DNA of 64,000 nt, from IMG/VR virus record IMGVR_UViG_3300042520_002918. One strand, written 5' to 3'. Shown in pieces: positions 9,055-18,617 of the stretch. Numbering within the stretch: the stretch's first letter is position 1; each line of letters starts with the position of its first letter. Origin of the DNA: an uncultured virus (IMG/VR IMGVR_UViG_3300042520_002918) (lineage: Duplodnaviria > Heunggongvirae > Uroviricota > Caudoviricetes). The notes beneath the pieces were generated by a model, which saw only the letters and a program-made list of their open reading frames with translations, had not been told where the DNA came from and did not search any database. Position numbers and translations under genes: made by a program.

Positions 9055-9828
9055 ATGACTAATCCAAAAATCCAAACACTTCAGGTCAATGGCTACCGCT
9101 ATTACAAGCATCCAAATATTGCTTCAGTAAAGGCGCCGTCAGTTACATCAATCATCGACATGCTTCCAGCGCCGTTCCTGCGGACATGGAATAGCAAGGT
9201 CACGGCAAACGCAGCAGTTGACAACATCGAATACGTCAACGAACTTATCTTGGCTAATCAGCAAGAGAAGGCTCGTCTTTGGCTAAAGGCAGCACCAGAG
9301 CGTGAACTAAAGACTGCAGCAGATGTCGGAGACAGGGTTCATAAAGCGATTGAAGAACGAATCGCAAATCCTCTTGCTCCATACGACGAAGACCTTGAGC
9401 CATTCATTCGCAACTTTGACCTTTTCTGCGTTGAGTTTGAGCCCGAGTGGTTACATGTAGAAAAGTCGGTGTTTTCTATTACCCACATGTACGCTGGCTC
9501 TTTTGACGCGATTGCAAAGATTCGGGACAAGACAACGCTCATCGACTTCAAGACAACGCGCTCTGGCATCAGTTCAAAAGTCGCTCTGCAGTTGGCGGCC
9601 TATTCAAGAGCAGACGTTATGTTTGATGGGGACATTGAGATTCCAATGCCAAAGGTTGATGCTGCTGCGGCACTGTGGCTAAGGCCAGACCAGTGGGGTG
9701 TGTTCCCACTCCGAATAGATGATGACATATTTGAGACGTTTTTGGCTTTGCGCAGGACGTTTGAGTGGGAAGCCAGGCAGTCAAAAACTGCTATGTTGTC
9801 ACCTACAAGTTACAAGGCAGGAAGATAA
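9055..9828 (+). CDS. PD-(D/E)XK exonuclease (Cas4/RecB-like phage exonuclease)
   Basis: PSVTSII, GDRVHKAIE, YAGSFD, LIDFKT, ALQLAAY. Confidence 0.88.
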   Translation: MTNPKIQTLQVNGYRYYKHPNIASVKAPSVTSIIDMLPAPFLRTWNSKVTANAAVDNIEYVNELILANQQEKARLWLKAAPERELKTAADVGDRVHKAIEERIANPLAPYDEDLEPFIRNFDLFCVEFEPEWLHVEKSVFSITHMYAGSFDAIAKIRDKTTLIDFKTTRSGISSKVALQLAAYSRADVMFDGDIEIPMPKVDAAAALWLRPDQWGVFPLRIDDDIFETFLALRRTFEWEARQSKTAMLSPTSYKAGR

Positions 9829-9830
9829 TT

Positions 9831-10355
9831 ATGGAAACAGATATCAAGCCAGAACACTGGAATTCAGCGGCAGGCATTGTCCTTCGCCACATAGTCAACA
9901 AAGCACAACATCCATCATTTGCAAGCATTGGCAATTTGCAGACAAAAATCCAAGTTGAGTTTGATGCAATTGTTGATGGAGTATTTCACTCCAATCCCCC
10001 AATGAACGAGAACGCAATGCAGGGATTGTTTGAAGACATCTGCGCGGCCGCCCTGAATGGCTACGCCGCAGAGTTAAAGGTTTCCGCTGAAGAGGCGGGA
10101 ATACAGGTGCTGCAAACCGTAATTGGTAAGCAGCGCATGTACGGACATGGGAACATCGCGCGTTTTGAGATTCCCGGCATAACAATTCGTCTTAATGACA
10201 AATTGGAACGCCTCAAGAATCTCCAAAAGCATGATGGGCCAGTTCTGTTTGAACCAATTAACGACACATGGCTGGACATTTGCGGGTATTCCGTGATTGC
10301 CCTCATGTGGATTAATAAGTGGTTCATGCTGGAACTTGCACCCGAATCCAAGTAA
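9831..10355 (+). CDS. DUF1599 / nucleotide-modification-associated domain 1 (Nmad1)-like protein
   Basis: KQRMYG..NI, IRLNDKLERLKNL, EPINDTWLDICGYSVI. Confidence 0.75.
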   Translation: METDIKPEHWNSAAGIVLRHIVNKAQHPSFASIGNLQTKIQVEFDAIVDGVFHSNPPMNENAMQGLFEDICAAALNGYAAELKVSAEEAGIQVLQTVIGKQRMYGHGNIARFEIPGITIRLNDKLERLKNLQKHDGPVLFEPINDTWLDICGYSVIALMWINKWFMLELAPESK

Positions 10356-10379
10356 ACATCAGGTACACAGGAGATAAAC

Positions 10380-10802
10380 ATGACAGCACAGGTAACAATC
10401 GTCGGGAATCTGACTTCAGACCCCGAACTGAAATCAACAAAGACGGGAAGCAGTGTCCTCAAAGTGGGCGTTGCGGTCAACCGTCGTTGGAAGAACAAGC
10501 AGGATGAGTGGGAAGAGACAGTCTCTTACTTCGACGTCAATGCTTGGGGAGAACTGGCAGACAACGTAGCCGCCAGCCTGTCAAAGGGCTCGCGAGTGAT
10601 TGTCTCTGGTCGCCTTGAGCAGCAGTCCTGGGAAAACAAAGAGGGCCAAAAGCAGTCCAAGGTTGTCTTGGTCGCTGATGACTTCGGTGTTTCCTTGCGA
10701 AAAGCCCAAGTTAGCGGCATCAATAAGACGGGACAGCAGCAGCAACAGCAGCGCCAGTCTTCGGGTAAGTCAAGCGACTGGACCGCAGAAGACCCGTTCT
10801 AG
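10380..10802 (+). CDS. ssb: Single-stranded DNA-binding protein
   Basis: VTIVGNLTSDPELK, KGSRVIVSGRLEQQSWE, acidic C-terminus EDPF; actinobacterial-type sequence. Confidence 0.95.
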   Translation: MTAQVTIVGNLTSDPELKSTKTGSSVLKVGVAVNRRWKNKQDEWEETVSYFDVNAWGELADNVAASLSKGSRVIVSGRLEQQSWENKEGQKQSKVVLVADDFGVSLRKAQVSGINKTGQQQQQQRQSSGKSSDWTAEDPF

Positions 10803-10813
10803 TCGGGACTAAC

Positions 10814-10872
10814 ACACCAATGGTGGTGTTTACACCTTTACAGGCGTGAGCACTACCATTGGTGTAGTTTTA
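10814..10872 (+). terminator. Long hairpin after ssb (terminator or RNA processing site)
   Basis: 24-bp stem 10814-10837/10842-10865 with three G-U pairs and one mismatch, followed by AGTTTT. Confidence 0.6.
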
Positions 10873-10916
10873 TAAATATGGCCGATTTGTCATCGTTAGC
10901 GCGGTAAAGGAAAAAT

Positions 10917-11144
10917 ATGGTTGTGGGCGCAATAGTTACTGTTGTTTCAGCAGCAGTCGTATATTTTGTTACAAAGTATTTGGGTTTTATCCAGCGTGAG
11001 CGGATTTCTTCGGCAGCACTTGTCGGTGCAACTGCCTGTTTTGCCACCGCCGGCTTTTTGGTTGACGAAGCGCTGGGATTTGCTGCGCTTGCAGCATGCT
11101 TGGCAGCACTAGGTCTTTTGCTTGGCTACGAGGCGGGTGAATAA
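10917..11144 (+). CDS. Small multi-TM membrane protein upstream of portal
   Basis: Three hydrophobic segments; such genes often precede actinophage portals. Confidence 0.7.
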   Translation: MVVGAIVTVVSAAVVYFVTKYLGFIQRERISSAALVGATACFATAGFLVDEALGFAALAACLAALGLLLGYEAGE

Positions 11145-11146
11145 CA

Positions 11147-13309
11147 GTGGCATTTTTAAAGTCGTTTACTCGTGCCGGAGCCGATGGGTTTCTCGGGATG
11201 ACAGAAAAGAAGCGATACACAACCTCTGGATACAGCAGGCCCGGCGAGCCATACAAAGATGGCTGGGATGTAGAAAGAGGCATCAACCAAGCGCTTGACA
11301 GAGTTGTTTGGGTCTATAAAGCGGTATACGCAATTGCGTCAAACTCCGCCTCTCTCCCTATCGGACAAAGAAAAGGTGACTGGCGAATCGGCGAAATGAC
11401 ATGGGATGACCCATTGCTTGAACTGCTGAACCGCCGACCAAATAAGACGATGGACGCATTCACGTTCCGTTTCATGCTCTCTTCTCAGGTGCTTCTTTCC
11501 AAGAAGGGCGCATATGTAGAAATCACACGAAACCGCCTTGGCGATGTTTCCTCGTTGTTCTTGCACCAGCCTCAATACGTATTCCCAATTCCAGACCCAA
11601 CAAATTTTGTTGCTGGATATTCGGTTGAGTACCCCAACACGCCAAAGAAAATTGTTGAGCCAGAAAACATGATGTGGATTCGCGTTCCACATCCAATCGA
11701 CCCATACAAAGGCCAAACTCCACTGGAGTCTGCAGGACTCGCAGTTGAATTTGACTACTACTCACGCGTTTACAATCGCAACTTTGTAATCAACGACGGT
11801 CGCCCAGGTGGAATTCTTGTAGTTAAGGGAGACATGGAAGAGGAACAGAGCGAAGAAATTGCTCGTCGTTTCCGTGGCACAACAGGTTCAAACATCGGTG
11901 GCGCTGGCCGAACCACCGTTATCTCTGCAGAAGATGCAAGTTTTATTGACACATCAATCAATCAGCGCGATGCTCAATACACAGAAGCGCGCTCGCAGAA
12001 TAAAGAAGAAATCCTCCTTGCTTTCGGAGTGCCGGAGTCGGTGATTGGAAATGCATCAGGGCGTACATTTGCAAATGCAGACGTGGAACTTGAAGTCTTC
12101 TGGCGCGAGACAATGGTCCCGCACCTTACCCTTCTTGAGCGCGCGTTTGACATTCTCGATACCGACAATACGACATACTTCTCATACGACCTTTCTGCTG
12201 TTGCAATCCTGAGCAGGGATGACAGAGAGAGGGCCACATTCCATCTTGAGGAACTCAAGCAGGGCGCAATCAGTATTGATGAATATCGCGAACTCACTGG
12301 TCGCGAAGGCGTTGGAATGGATGCCCTGCTCGTCCCGACAAATCTCTCCCCAGTTGTCATGTCAACTGATGGCGGCGGCCTAGAGGACGGCGAAAGAGTC
12401 AACCCAAATCAGCGCCCTGGCCGCAGGCCAAATGACCAGCCAGACGAGGCTGTTCCTGGTGCCGGTTCACCATCTCCAACTTCGCCGCGACTCACCACGG
12501 ACAATACGGAGAATCCATCCCCGCGCGCAATCTATGAGCCAACCCTTGCTCCACTTTCCCACCCCATGGGAGATGCTGTAAAAGATGTTTCAGTTGTGCA
12601 GCGTCGAACCCGCCAACTTGACCGTCTTGAGGCCAGCGTTACCCTCCAAATCGCCTCCTTCTTTAAGAGGCAGCAGCGAGTCGTCATGGAGAAGGCATCT
12701 TCAAAGAAGATGAAGGAACGCTGGGATTCTGGTGAAAAGATTTCCGTAGATGACTTCTTTGATATTGAGGTATGGAACGAGCAACTTGAGATGGACGGCA
12801 AGACTTGGATATCTGCCGTCTTCCTTGACGGGGCAATTGACGTTTCAAGTGATGGCTTTGACAAACTCGATATGCAAGGCAAGCAGGTCCAGGAACTGAT
12901 TCAAGACCGAATCAGTAATCTCCTCCTCGTCAATACGACCACTCGAATCAACATGGAAAAGATGTTGAATTCCTACGCTGGAAGACCGCATTCATCGTTT
13001 ACGAACGAACTTGCCTCATGGATGGCCGAATCATTCACTAAGCGAATCAAGACAATTGTGCGAACAGAGGTCTCTGGTGCTTTTAATGCCGGACTTCTGT
13101 GGGCAGCCCGCCAACTTGGGTTTACGCAAAAAACATGGATTCACGCCACAAATGAAGATGGCAGAGCAGAACATCACCATGTTGCCGACACAACGGTTGG
13201 GATTGATGATGGCTTTCAGATTGAAGGCAAGTCCGTAATGTTCCCAGGAGACTTTGTCAATGACGGGGCATCAGTCATCAACTGCCGATGCACACTGTCG
13301 TTTGCTTAA
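11147..13309 (+). CDS. HK97-family portal protein fused to a C-terminal MuF/SPP1 gp7-like head morphogenesis domain
   Basis: WVYKAVYAIA, PN..MD.FTF, G.TPLE, NDGRPGGIL, AFGVPESVIG, SIDEYRE; Pro-rich linker; IVRTEV..AFN, KTW, FPGD, VINCRCTL. Confidence 0.92.
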   Translation: MAFLKSFTRAGADGFLGMTEKKRYTTSGYSRPGEPYKDGWDVERGINQALDRVVWVYKAVYAIASNSASLPIGQRKGDWRIGEMTWDDPLLELLNRRPNKTMDAFTFRFMLSSQVLLSKKGAYVEITRNRLGDVSSLFLHQPQYVFPIPDPTNFVAGYSVEYPNTPKKIVEPENMMWIRVPHPIDPYKGQTPLESAGLAVEFDYYSRVYNRNFVINDGRPGGILVVKGDMEEEQSEEIARRFRGTTGSNIGGAGRTTVISAEDASFIDTSINQRDAQYTEARSQNKEEILLAFGVPESVIGNASGRTFANADVELEVFWRETMVPHLTLLERAFDILDTDNTTYFSYDLSAVAILSRDDRERATFHLEELKQGAISIDEYRELTGREGVGMDALLVPTNLSPVVMSTDGGGLEDGERVNPNQRPGRRPNDQPDEAVPGAGSPSPTSPRLTTDNTENPSPRAIYEPTLAPLSHPMGDAVKDVSVVQRRTRQLDRLEASVTLQIASFFKRQQRVVMEKASSKKMKERWDSGEKISVDDFFDIEVWNEQLEMDGKTWISAVFLDGAIDVSSDGFDKLDMQGKQVQELIQDRISNLLLVNTTTRINMEKMLNSYAGRPHSSFTNELASWMAESFTKRIKTIVRTEVSGAFNAGLLWAARQLGFTQKTWIHATNEDGRAEHHHVADTTVGIDDGFQIEGKSVMFPGDFVNDGASVINCRCTLSFA

Positions 13310-13347
13310 CCTATACGGCAAGTTAAGTTAGTCTTTCCGTTTACGCG

Positions 13348-13356
13348 TGTGTATAA
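13348..13356 (+). promoter_or_regulatory. Extended -10 promoter before the protease gene
   Basis: TGTG-TATAAT followed by SD GGAGG before ATG 13375. Confidence 0.6.
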
Positions 13357-13374
13357 TCGCATGCAGGAGGCCAG

Positions 13375-15633
13375 ATGGACCGCAAAAATGTTCCGGTTTC
13401 ATCAGTTCGCGGACTGAGCGATGCTGATGGGATTGTCGAGGCAATAGTCTCGGTCACGAATATTGTTGACTCAGTCAACGACGTAATTGAGCCGGGTGCT
13501 TACAGGAACACTTTGCGCAAGAGGAATCCAAAAGGCGTTTGGTCGCACGACACCAATATTCCAGTCGCAAAAACACTCAAGGTCGAAGAACTCATGCCTG
13601 GAGACGAACGTCTTCCGGAAGATTTGCGCTCACAGGGCGCTGGCGCGCTCATGGTAAAAATGCAGTTCAATTTGAACACAAGCCGTGGGCGAGATGCCTT
13701 CCACGACGTGCAGTTTTTTGCTGAAGAGCAAGAATGGTCAATTGGATATTCGGTGCCAGAAGGCAAGTCAACAACTGATGAAAAGACTGGCGTTCGCTTT
13801 ATCAAACAGTTGGAACTCTACGAGTACTCGCCCGTCATTTTCGGCGCTGCCCCAAACACGCGCACTCTGAGCGTCAAAGATGACCTGGTCGGCATTGAGG
13901 AAGATGATGATGACATCGATTGGGATGAGTCAAAAGCCGGAGATTACTCAGACCTAAATTTCAGAATCCCTGATGGTGCAAAGAAGCAAGCAGAAACCGG
14001 ACTCCGCTGGTCACGCGAATATAATCGCGGCGGAACATCAGTTGGCAAGAACACCGCCAACTATCTGATTAACAACACGACTGCAGCACCGCGTAAAGTT
14101 CGCCATATCGCCAAGTATTTCCCTCGCCACGAAGTGGACCTTCGCACGCCGGCAAACAGCAGGCCAGGCGCAGATGGGTATCCAGGTGCTGGCCTCATTG
14201 CGTGGAAACTGTGGGGCGGAGACGCTGGTAGGACATGGGCAACAAAACTCGTTGAGGCGATGAATCGCCGAGATGAGGAGAAGTCACTGGACATCAAAGC
14301 CGAACCAGGAGATTTGCGTGTTGGCGATTTTGTAAGTTGGAATTCTTCTGGCGGAACTGCTCGCGGAAAAATTACTCGCATCCTGCGTCGTGGACGCATG
14401 AATGTTCCTGACAGCAGTTTTACCATCACTGCAACTCCAGAAGACCCCGCAGCAATGATTCGCGTTTACCGCAATACTGGCGATGGTTGGGAGCCAACTG
14501 ACACGATGGTCGGTCATAGGTTTTCTACCTTGCGCAAGATTGAAGCGCTCAAGGATATTTATACCGATATGCCAGAAGGAAATCCTGGTTCATTCGGCAC
14601 ACCGCAACGACCAGGCGTTGTTGGTCGCCCGCGCCCACGTCGCCGTCGTCGAACAGACGAAGGTAAGCCATACCGCATTTCGCGAAACATGCAAGGATGC
14701 AGCGGGTACGCAGTAATCAAGGAAGGCGAAAGTACGCCAGTCCCTGGCGGCTGTCACGAGACCCTTGCTGACGCGCGTCGTCACATGGCTGCTCTCTACG
14801 CAGCAGAAACGCCAAAAGATGGTCTTTCCGACATTGAAGAAAAAGACTCTTATGGAAGATTCCACCCAAGCCTGACTGCAGATGAACAAGCACTCCATGA
14901 TGCGCTAGTGCGCATTGCTGACGAATATGGCAAGTTTGACGAAGACGGTTCTGGAATCTGGGCAGGCTATGAATCGCCAGCCGAAAACGACGAAAAGTCA
15001 ATCGGAGTTAAGTGCGCAAACTGCACCCTGTATATGGGTGAAGGAAAGTGCGCCATCATTAAGCAAGAAGTTCAGGAAAACGGCAAGTGTCGATTTGCCG
15101 TGATTCCAGATGGAGTTGTTCAGTGGAATGACATGAAGAGCGAAGAGTTGTCCTTTGAAATGAAGGACGAAGAGTGGGATGCCATTGAGGCAAAGGCAAA
15201 TGGCGGTCCAATTCGCAGCCACTCAACAGCGGTTCGTGATGATGAGACGCTGAACCGTAATGCGATTCTCAGTACTCGCTCACCGGAAGACCCGGCGTAC
15301 TATCGAAAGATTTTTGCCTATCACATTCCAGGAACAGACGGGACACGCAAGACCCACTACACATTTATTCACCATCACGTTTCACAAGACGGACGCCCTG
15401 GTGCTGCCGCAATGTCGGAGTTGAGAGTGCAAATGGCGATTCTTAACGGGGCACGCGGTGGAACGAAGTTGCGCGGCGCAGACCGAAAGGCGGTGTACAA
15501 CCACATCGCTCGTCACTACCGTGACGGGGGAGAGACACCACCTTCATTGAAGTCTGACCAAGAAGTGGATAATCTAATGATTAAGCGTGGTTATATTTCT
15601 GAGCCACTGACGAAAGAAGATACTGATGTCTGA
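13375..15633 (+). CDS. HK97-type prohead protease with about five appended C-terminal domains
   Basis: VDSVNDVIEPGAY, WSHD, EWSIGY, LYEYSPVIFGA in the first ~170 aa; then modules including SH3/Tudor-like GDFVSWNSSGG and CANC..C..C. Confidence 0.9.
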   Translation: MDRKNVPVSSVRGLSDADGIVEAIVSVTNIVDSVNDVIEPGAYRNTLRKRNPKGVWSHDTNIPVAKTLKVEELMPGDERLPEDLRSQGAGALMVKMQFNLNTSRGRDAFHDVQFFAEEQEWSIGYSVPEGKSTTDEKTGVRFIKQLELYEYSPVIFGAAPNTRTLSVKDDLVGIEEDDDDIDWDESKAGDYSDLNFRIPDGAKKQAETGLRWSREYNRGGTSVGKNTANYLINNTTAAPRKVRHIAKYFPRHEVDLRTPANSRPGADGYPGAGLIAWKLWGGDAGRTWATKLVEAMNRRDEEKSLDIKAEPGDLRVGDFVSWNSSGGTARGKITRILRRGRMNVPDSSFTITATPEDPAAMIRVYRNTGDGWEPTDTMVGHRFSTLRKIEALKDIYTDMPEGNPGSFGTPQRPGVVGRPRPRRRRRTDEGKPYRISRNMQGCSGYAVIKEGESTPVPGGCHETLADARRHMAALYAAETPKDGLSDIEEKDSYGRFHPSLTADEQALHDALVRIADEYGKFDEDGSGIWAGYESPAENDEKSIGVKCANCTLYMGEGKCAIIKQEVQENGKCRFAVIPDGVVQWNDMKSEELSFEMKDEEWDAIEAKANGGPIRSHSTAVRDDETLNRNAILSTRSPEDPAYYRKIFAYHIPGTDGTRKTHYTFIHHHVSQDGRPGAAAMSELRVQMAILNGARGGTKLRGADRKAVYNHIARHYRDGGETPPSLKSDQEVDNLMIKRGYISEPLTKEDTDV

Positions 15634-17092
15634 GAATAACGAAGTTGAGATTAAAGATGCTGGCCCAAACGGCCGCGTCATTCCATCGCACTCAACATCG
15701 GTTGACCGGACATCTGCTTGGGACAGGACAGTACAGTTCCGCAAGATGCGCTCACCTGCAACACCGTCTTACTACGACGACATTTTTGCGTTTCAACTCC
15801 CAAACACAAAGGGAACACGCAAGACTCACTACTCCTTCGTCCATCACTTTGTTGGCGAAGGTGGCCGAGCAGGAGCCGCCTCTGGCCGAGCACTTTCCAA
15901 CTCCGTGGCAGTTCTCAATGGTGGACGACAGGGAACAGTTTTGCGAGGAGCGGCACGTCAGGGCGTTTACCGCCACATCGCCGCGCACTATGCTGATGCG
16001 GATATGCAAGCACCCGAACTCAAGTCAGATGAGGATGTTGATGCAATCATGATGTTTAAGGGCCTAATTGATGCCCCATTGGCTGAGTCGCTTGACTTGA
16101 CCGTCAAGGGATTGCAAGATTTGGATAACATCATCGACGTCGAGAGCGATGTCGCCTGGATTGAGGGTAAAACCGAGATGAAAGGCATCGTTGTCGAGGC
16201 CGATGATGATTCCGCACTTGTTGAGCAAGTGGACGAAAAAGGCGAACGTACCGGCGAGTTCTTTGAACTTGACTATGCAGAAATGAAACTCCGCACATTT
16301 GTTGTCATGGAGAAGGTTGACGGCATGGCAGAAGCAGGAGCCATCGTTTCTTGGGAGACCACCCAAGGGACTTTCTATGGGGATGTGGTCTCGGTCGAGA
16401 CAGACGGCAAGGTCCGTGGAGAGCCCCAAGGCCTAGAACTTGAGGGGACTGAAGAAAACCCCGCTTACCTCATCAGGGTATGGATGCAGGAGGCCGCGGA
16501 GGAAGAGGATGAGGCCGAGGATGACGAGGATATGCCCGAAGAAGAGGCTTCGCTGAAGTCAGCAGGGGAATGGCACCCAACCAACGTAACAGTCGTGGCG
16601 AGGGGGGATGCCCTCAAGGTAGAGGAAGCCTTGCCCACAGGAGACCCCGAAGAAGGCTATTCTGAAGGGGAGGATGAAGAGGAGAGTGCAATGAAAAAGA
16701 TGGACACCGAGTTCATGGCGCTGGTTGAGCGGGCCATGAAACAGAACGCGGAGATTCTTGAGCGTTTGGCACAGTACGACAGCGGTGATGTGACCGAAGA
16801 AGTCGCTCCAGTTGCAGAAGAAGCAAAGTCCGACGAAGTTGCAACAGAAGTCGCAGCGGAAACAGCAGAGATTGTTGAGGAAAAAGCAGCGGAAGAAATT
16901 CCCGCAGTTGAGACAACCGAGACTGTTGAAGAAGTGAAGTCAGAAGAAGCAGCAGCAGAACAAACAGAGACCACTGAAGCCACAACAGAAGTTGTTGAGG
17001 AAAAGGCCGCCGACGACCAAAAGCAAACTGCGGCCATTTCGTTTGATGACCTGAAGGAATTCCATCTCCTTTTGAAGGAAATGTCGAAGTAA
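15626..17092 (+). CDS. Acidic head-associated/scaffold-like protein sharing two domains with the protease
   Basis: N-terminal domain (IPSHST...GTRKTHYSFVHH...VLNGGR) duplicates the protease C-terminal domain; AGAIVSW...PAYLIRVW duplicates its Tudor-like module; Glu/Ala/Thr-rich tail. Confidence 0.75.
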   Translation: MSENNEVEIKDAGPNGRVIPSHSTSVDRTSAWDRTVQFRKMRSPATPSYYDDIFAFQLPNTKGTRKTHYSFVHHFVGEGGRAGAASGRALSNSVAVLNGGRQGTVLRGAARQGVYRHIAAHYADADMQAPELKSDEDVDAIMMFKGLIDAPLAESLDLTVKGLQDLDNIIDVESDVAWIEGKTEMKGIVVEADDDSALVEQVDEKGERTGEFFELDYAEMKLRTFVVMEKVDGMAEAGAIVSWETTQGTFYGDVVSVETDGKVRGEPQGLELEGTEENPAYLIRVWMQEAAEEEDEAEDDEDMPEEEASLKSAGEWHPTNVTVVARGDALKVEEALPTGDPEEGYSEGEDEEESAMKKMDTEFMALVERAMKQNAEILERLAQYDSGDVTEEVAPVAEEAKSDEVATEVAAETAEIVEEKAAEEIPAVETTETVEEVKSEEAAAEQTETTEATTEVVEEKAADDQKQTAAISFDDLKEFHLLLKEMSK

Positions 17093-17169
17093 TCTTCGTC
17101 CACTAAATCCCCAATCGGGGACCAATCATGTGCTAATCTTTGTTTGGGCGGAACCAAACAAGGAGACTC

Positions 17170-17430
17170 ATGGATATCTACGAAGAATGCAAGCAGGAAG
17201 CAATCAAGTCCTCAACCAATAAAGTTGAGGTGCTTCTTGAGACGTTAAACAAAAAAGATGCAGAAAGCCTAAAGAAGGCTCTGCTGGACCCAGCAATTTC
17301 CACTCGCACAATTGCGCGAGTGCTTGAAAGCAACAAAATTGAATGTGGCGTATGGGCAATTAATAAGTGGCGCAGGCAAAAGGGTATTGCGCTTTCATCA
17401 ACACACACACTCATTAAGGAGAACAAATAA
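17170..17430 (+). CDS. Hypothetical protein, possible HTH
   Basis: AGGAGA SD before ATG 17170; helix pattern ISTRTIARVLE...AINKWRR. Confidence 0.65.
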   Translation: MDIYEECKQEAIKSSTNKVEVLLETLNKKDAESLKKALLDPAISTRTIARVLESNKIECGVWAINKWRRQKGIALSSTHTLIKENK

Positions 17431-17432
17431 CA

Positions 17433-18617
17433 ATGCCTTTGTCTGACGATTTTTCCAAGGTGACAGAACAAGCACACATAGAAGCAGTTGCAAAACTGCT
17501 GAAAGAGCACAACATTAAGCCAGAAGAAGTCGGCTCAATCAAGTCGATGAAGGTTGGCAAATGGCAAACAGTTACGAAAGACGAAGCGGGCGAAGCGCAA
17601 ATACATGACCTCAAGGGCGCCAGCATTGTTCTTAGTCCAAAGTGGGATATGGGTCCGGAGTGGCCGGTAATAACACAAGGCCCTAAGTACAGCGTTCCGA
17701 AAGGAAAAGCAAAGTCTCGCAAGCCAAAGCAGTGGGAAACCGCTGTGATTCTTCCGGACATGCAGATGGGCTATTACAAAAAGTCACTTGAACTGAACGC
17801 AGAGTTGGAGCCAATTCACGACGAGTCTGCAATTTCGATAGCAATCAAACTTATCGAAGACATCAAGCCTGACCAAATCGTAATGCTCGGAGACAATCTT
17901 GACTTTGCTGAGTTTGGCAAATATCTGACTGCTCCAACATTCAAGCAGTTGACGCAAGCAACAATTGACCGAGCAACATTGCTATGTGCTCAATTGCGCA
18001 ATGCGGCACCAAATGCAAAAATCACTTGGATTGCTGGGAATCACGAAGCGCGTCTTGCTAGATACATTCAGACAAATGCGGAAGCAGCATTTGGATTGAC
18101 ACGCGGAAAACTGATGGACGAACTGCGCGAAAACTGGCCAGTTCTGTCGGTCCCTAATCTCTGCAGAATGGATGACTTTGGTGTCGACTACTTGTCGGGA
18201 TATCCAGAGTCGTTCTTGGCGTTGAATGAAAATCTCATCATTCGTCACGGTGACAGGGTTACATCAAATGGTTCAACTACAACAAAGTATTTGAACGATG
18301 CACATAAATCTGTCATCTACGGACACATTCACAGAGTTGAGGTTGCGTATCGCACACGAGTTTCTGAGGCTGGTCCGCGAACAGTCATGGCAGCAAGCCC
18401 AGGATGCTTGTGCAGAATTGACGGTGCTGTTCCGTCAACAAAGTCTGGCGCAGATGAATTTGGCCGACCACTTATGCAGGGTGCAGAAAACTGGCAGCAA
18501 GGCTTGGCAGTTGTTCAGTACCAGCCAAAGGGTGTTGGCGAAGAATGGTTCAACTATGAGCAGATGTGGATTTACAGCGGCCGCGGCATCTTTAGAGGCG
18601 TGGAGTATGTCGCTTAG
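17433..18617 (+). CDS. Calcineurin-like metallophosphoesterase
   Basis: ILPDMQ, LGDNLD, AGNHE, RHGD, GHIHR. Confidence 0.88.
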   Translation: MPLSDDFSKVTEQAHIEAVAKLLKEHNIKPEEVGSIKSMKVGKWQTVTKDEAGEAQIHDLKGASIVLSPKWDMGPEWPVITQGPKYSVPKGKAKSRKPKQWETAVILPDMQMGYYKKSLELNAELEPIHDESAISIAIKLIEDIKPDQIVMLGDNLDFAEFGKYLTAPTFKQLTQATIDRATLLCAQLRNAAPNAKITWIAGNHEARLARYIQTNAEAAFGLTRGKLMDELRENWPVLSVPNLCRMDDFGVDYLSGYPESFLALNENLIIRHGDRVTSNGSTTTKYLNDAHKSVIYGHIHRVEVAYRTRVSEAGPRTVMAASPGCLCRIDGAVPSTKSGADEFGRPLMQGAENWQQGLAVVQYQPKGVGEEWFNYEQMWIYSGRGIFRGVEYVA

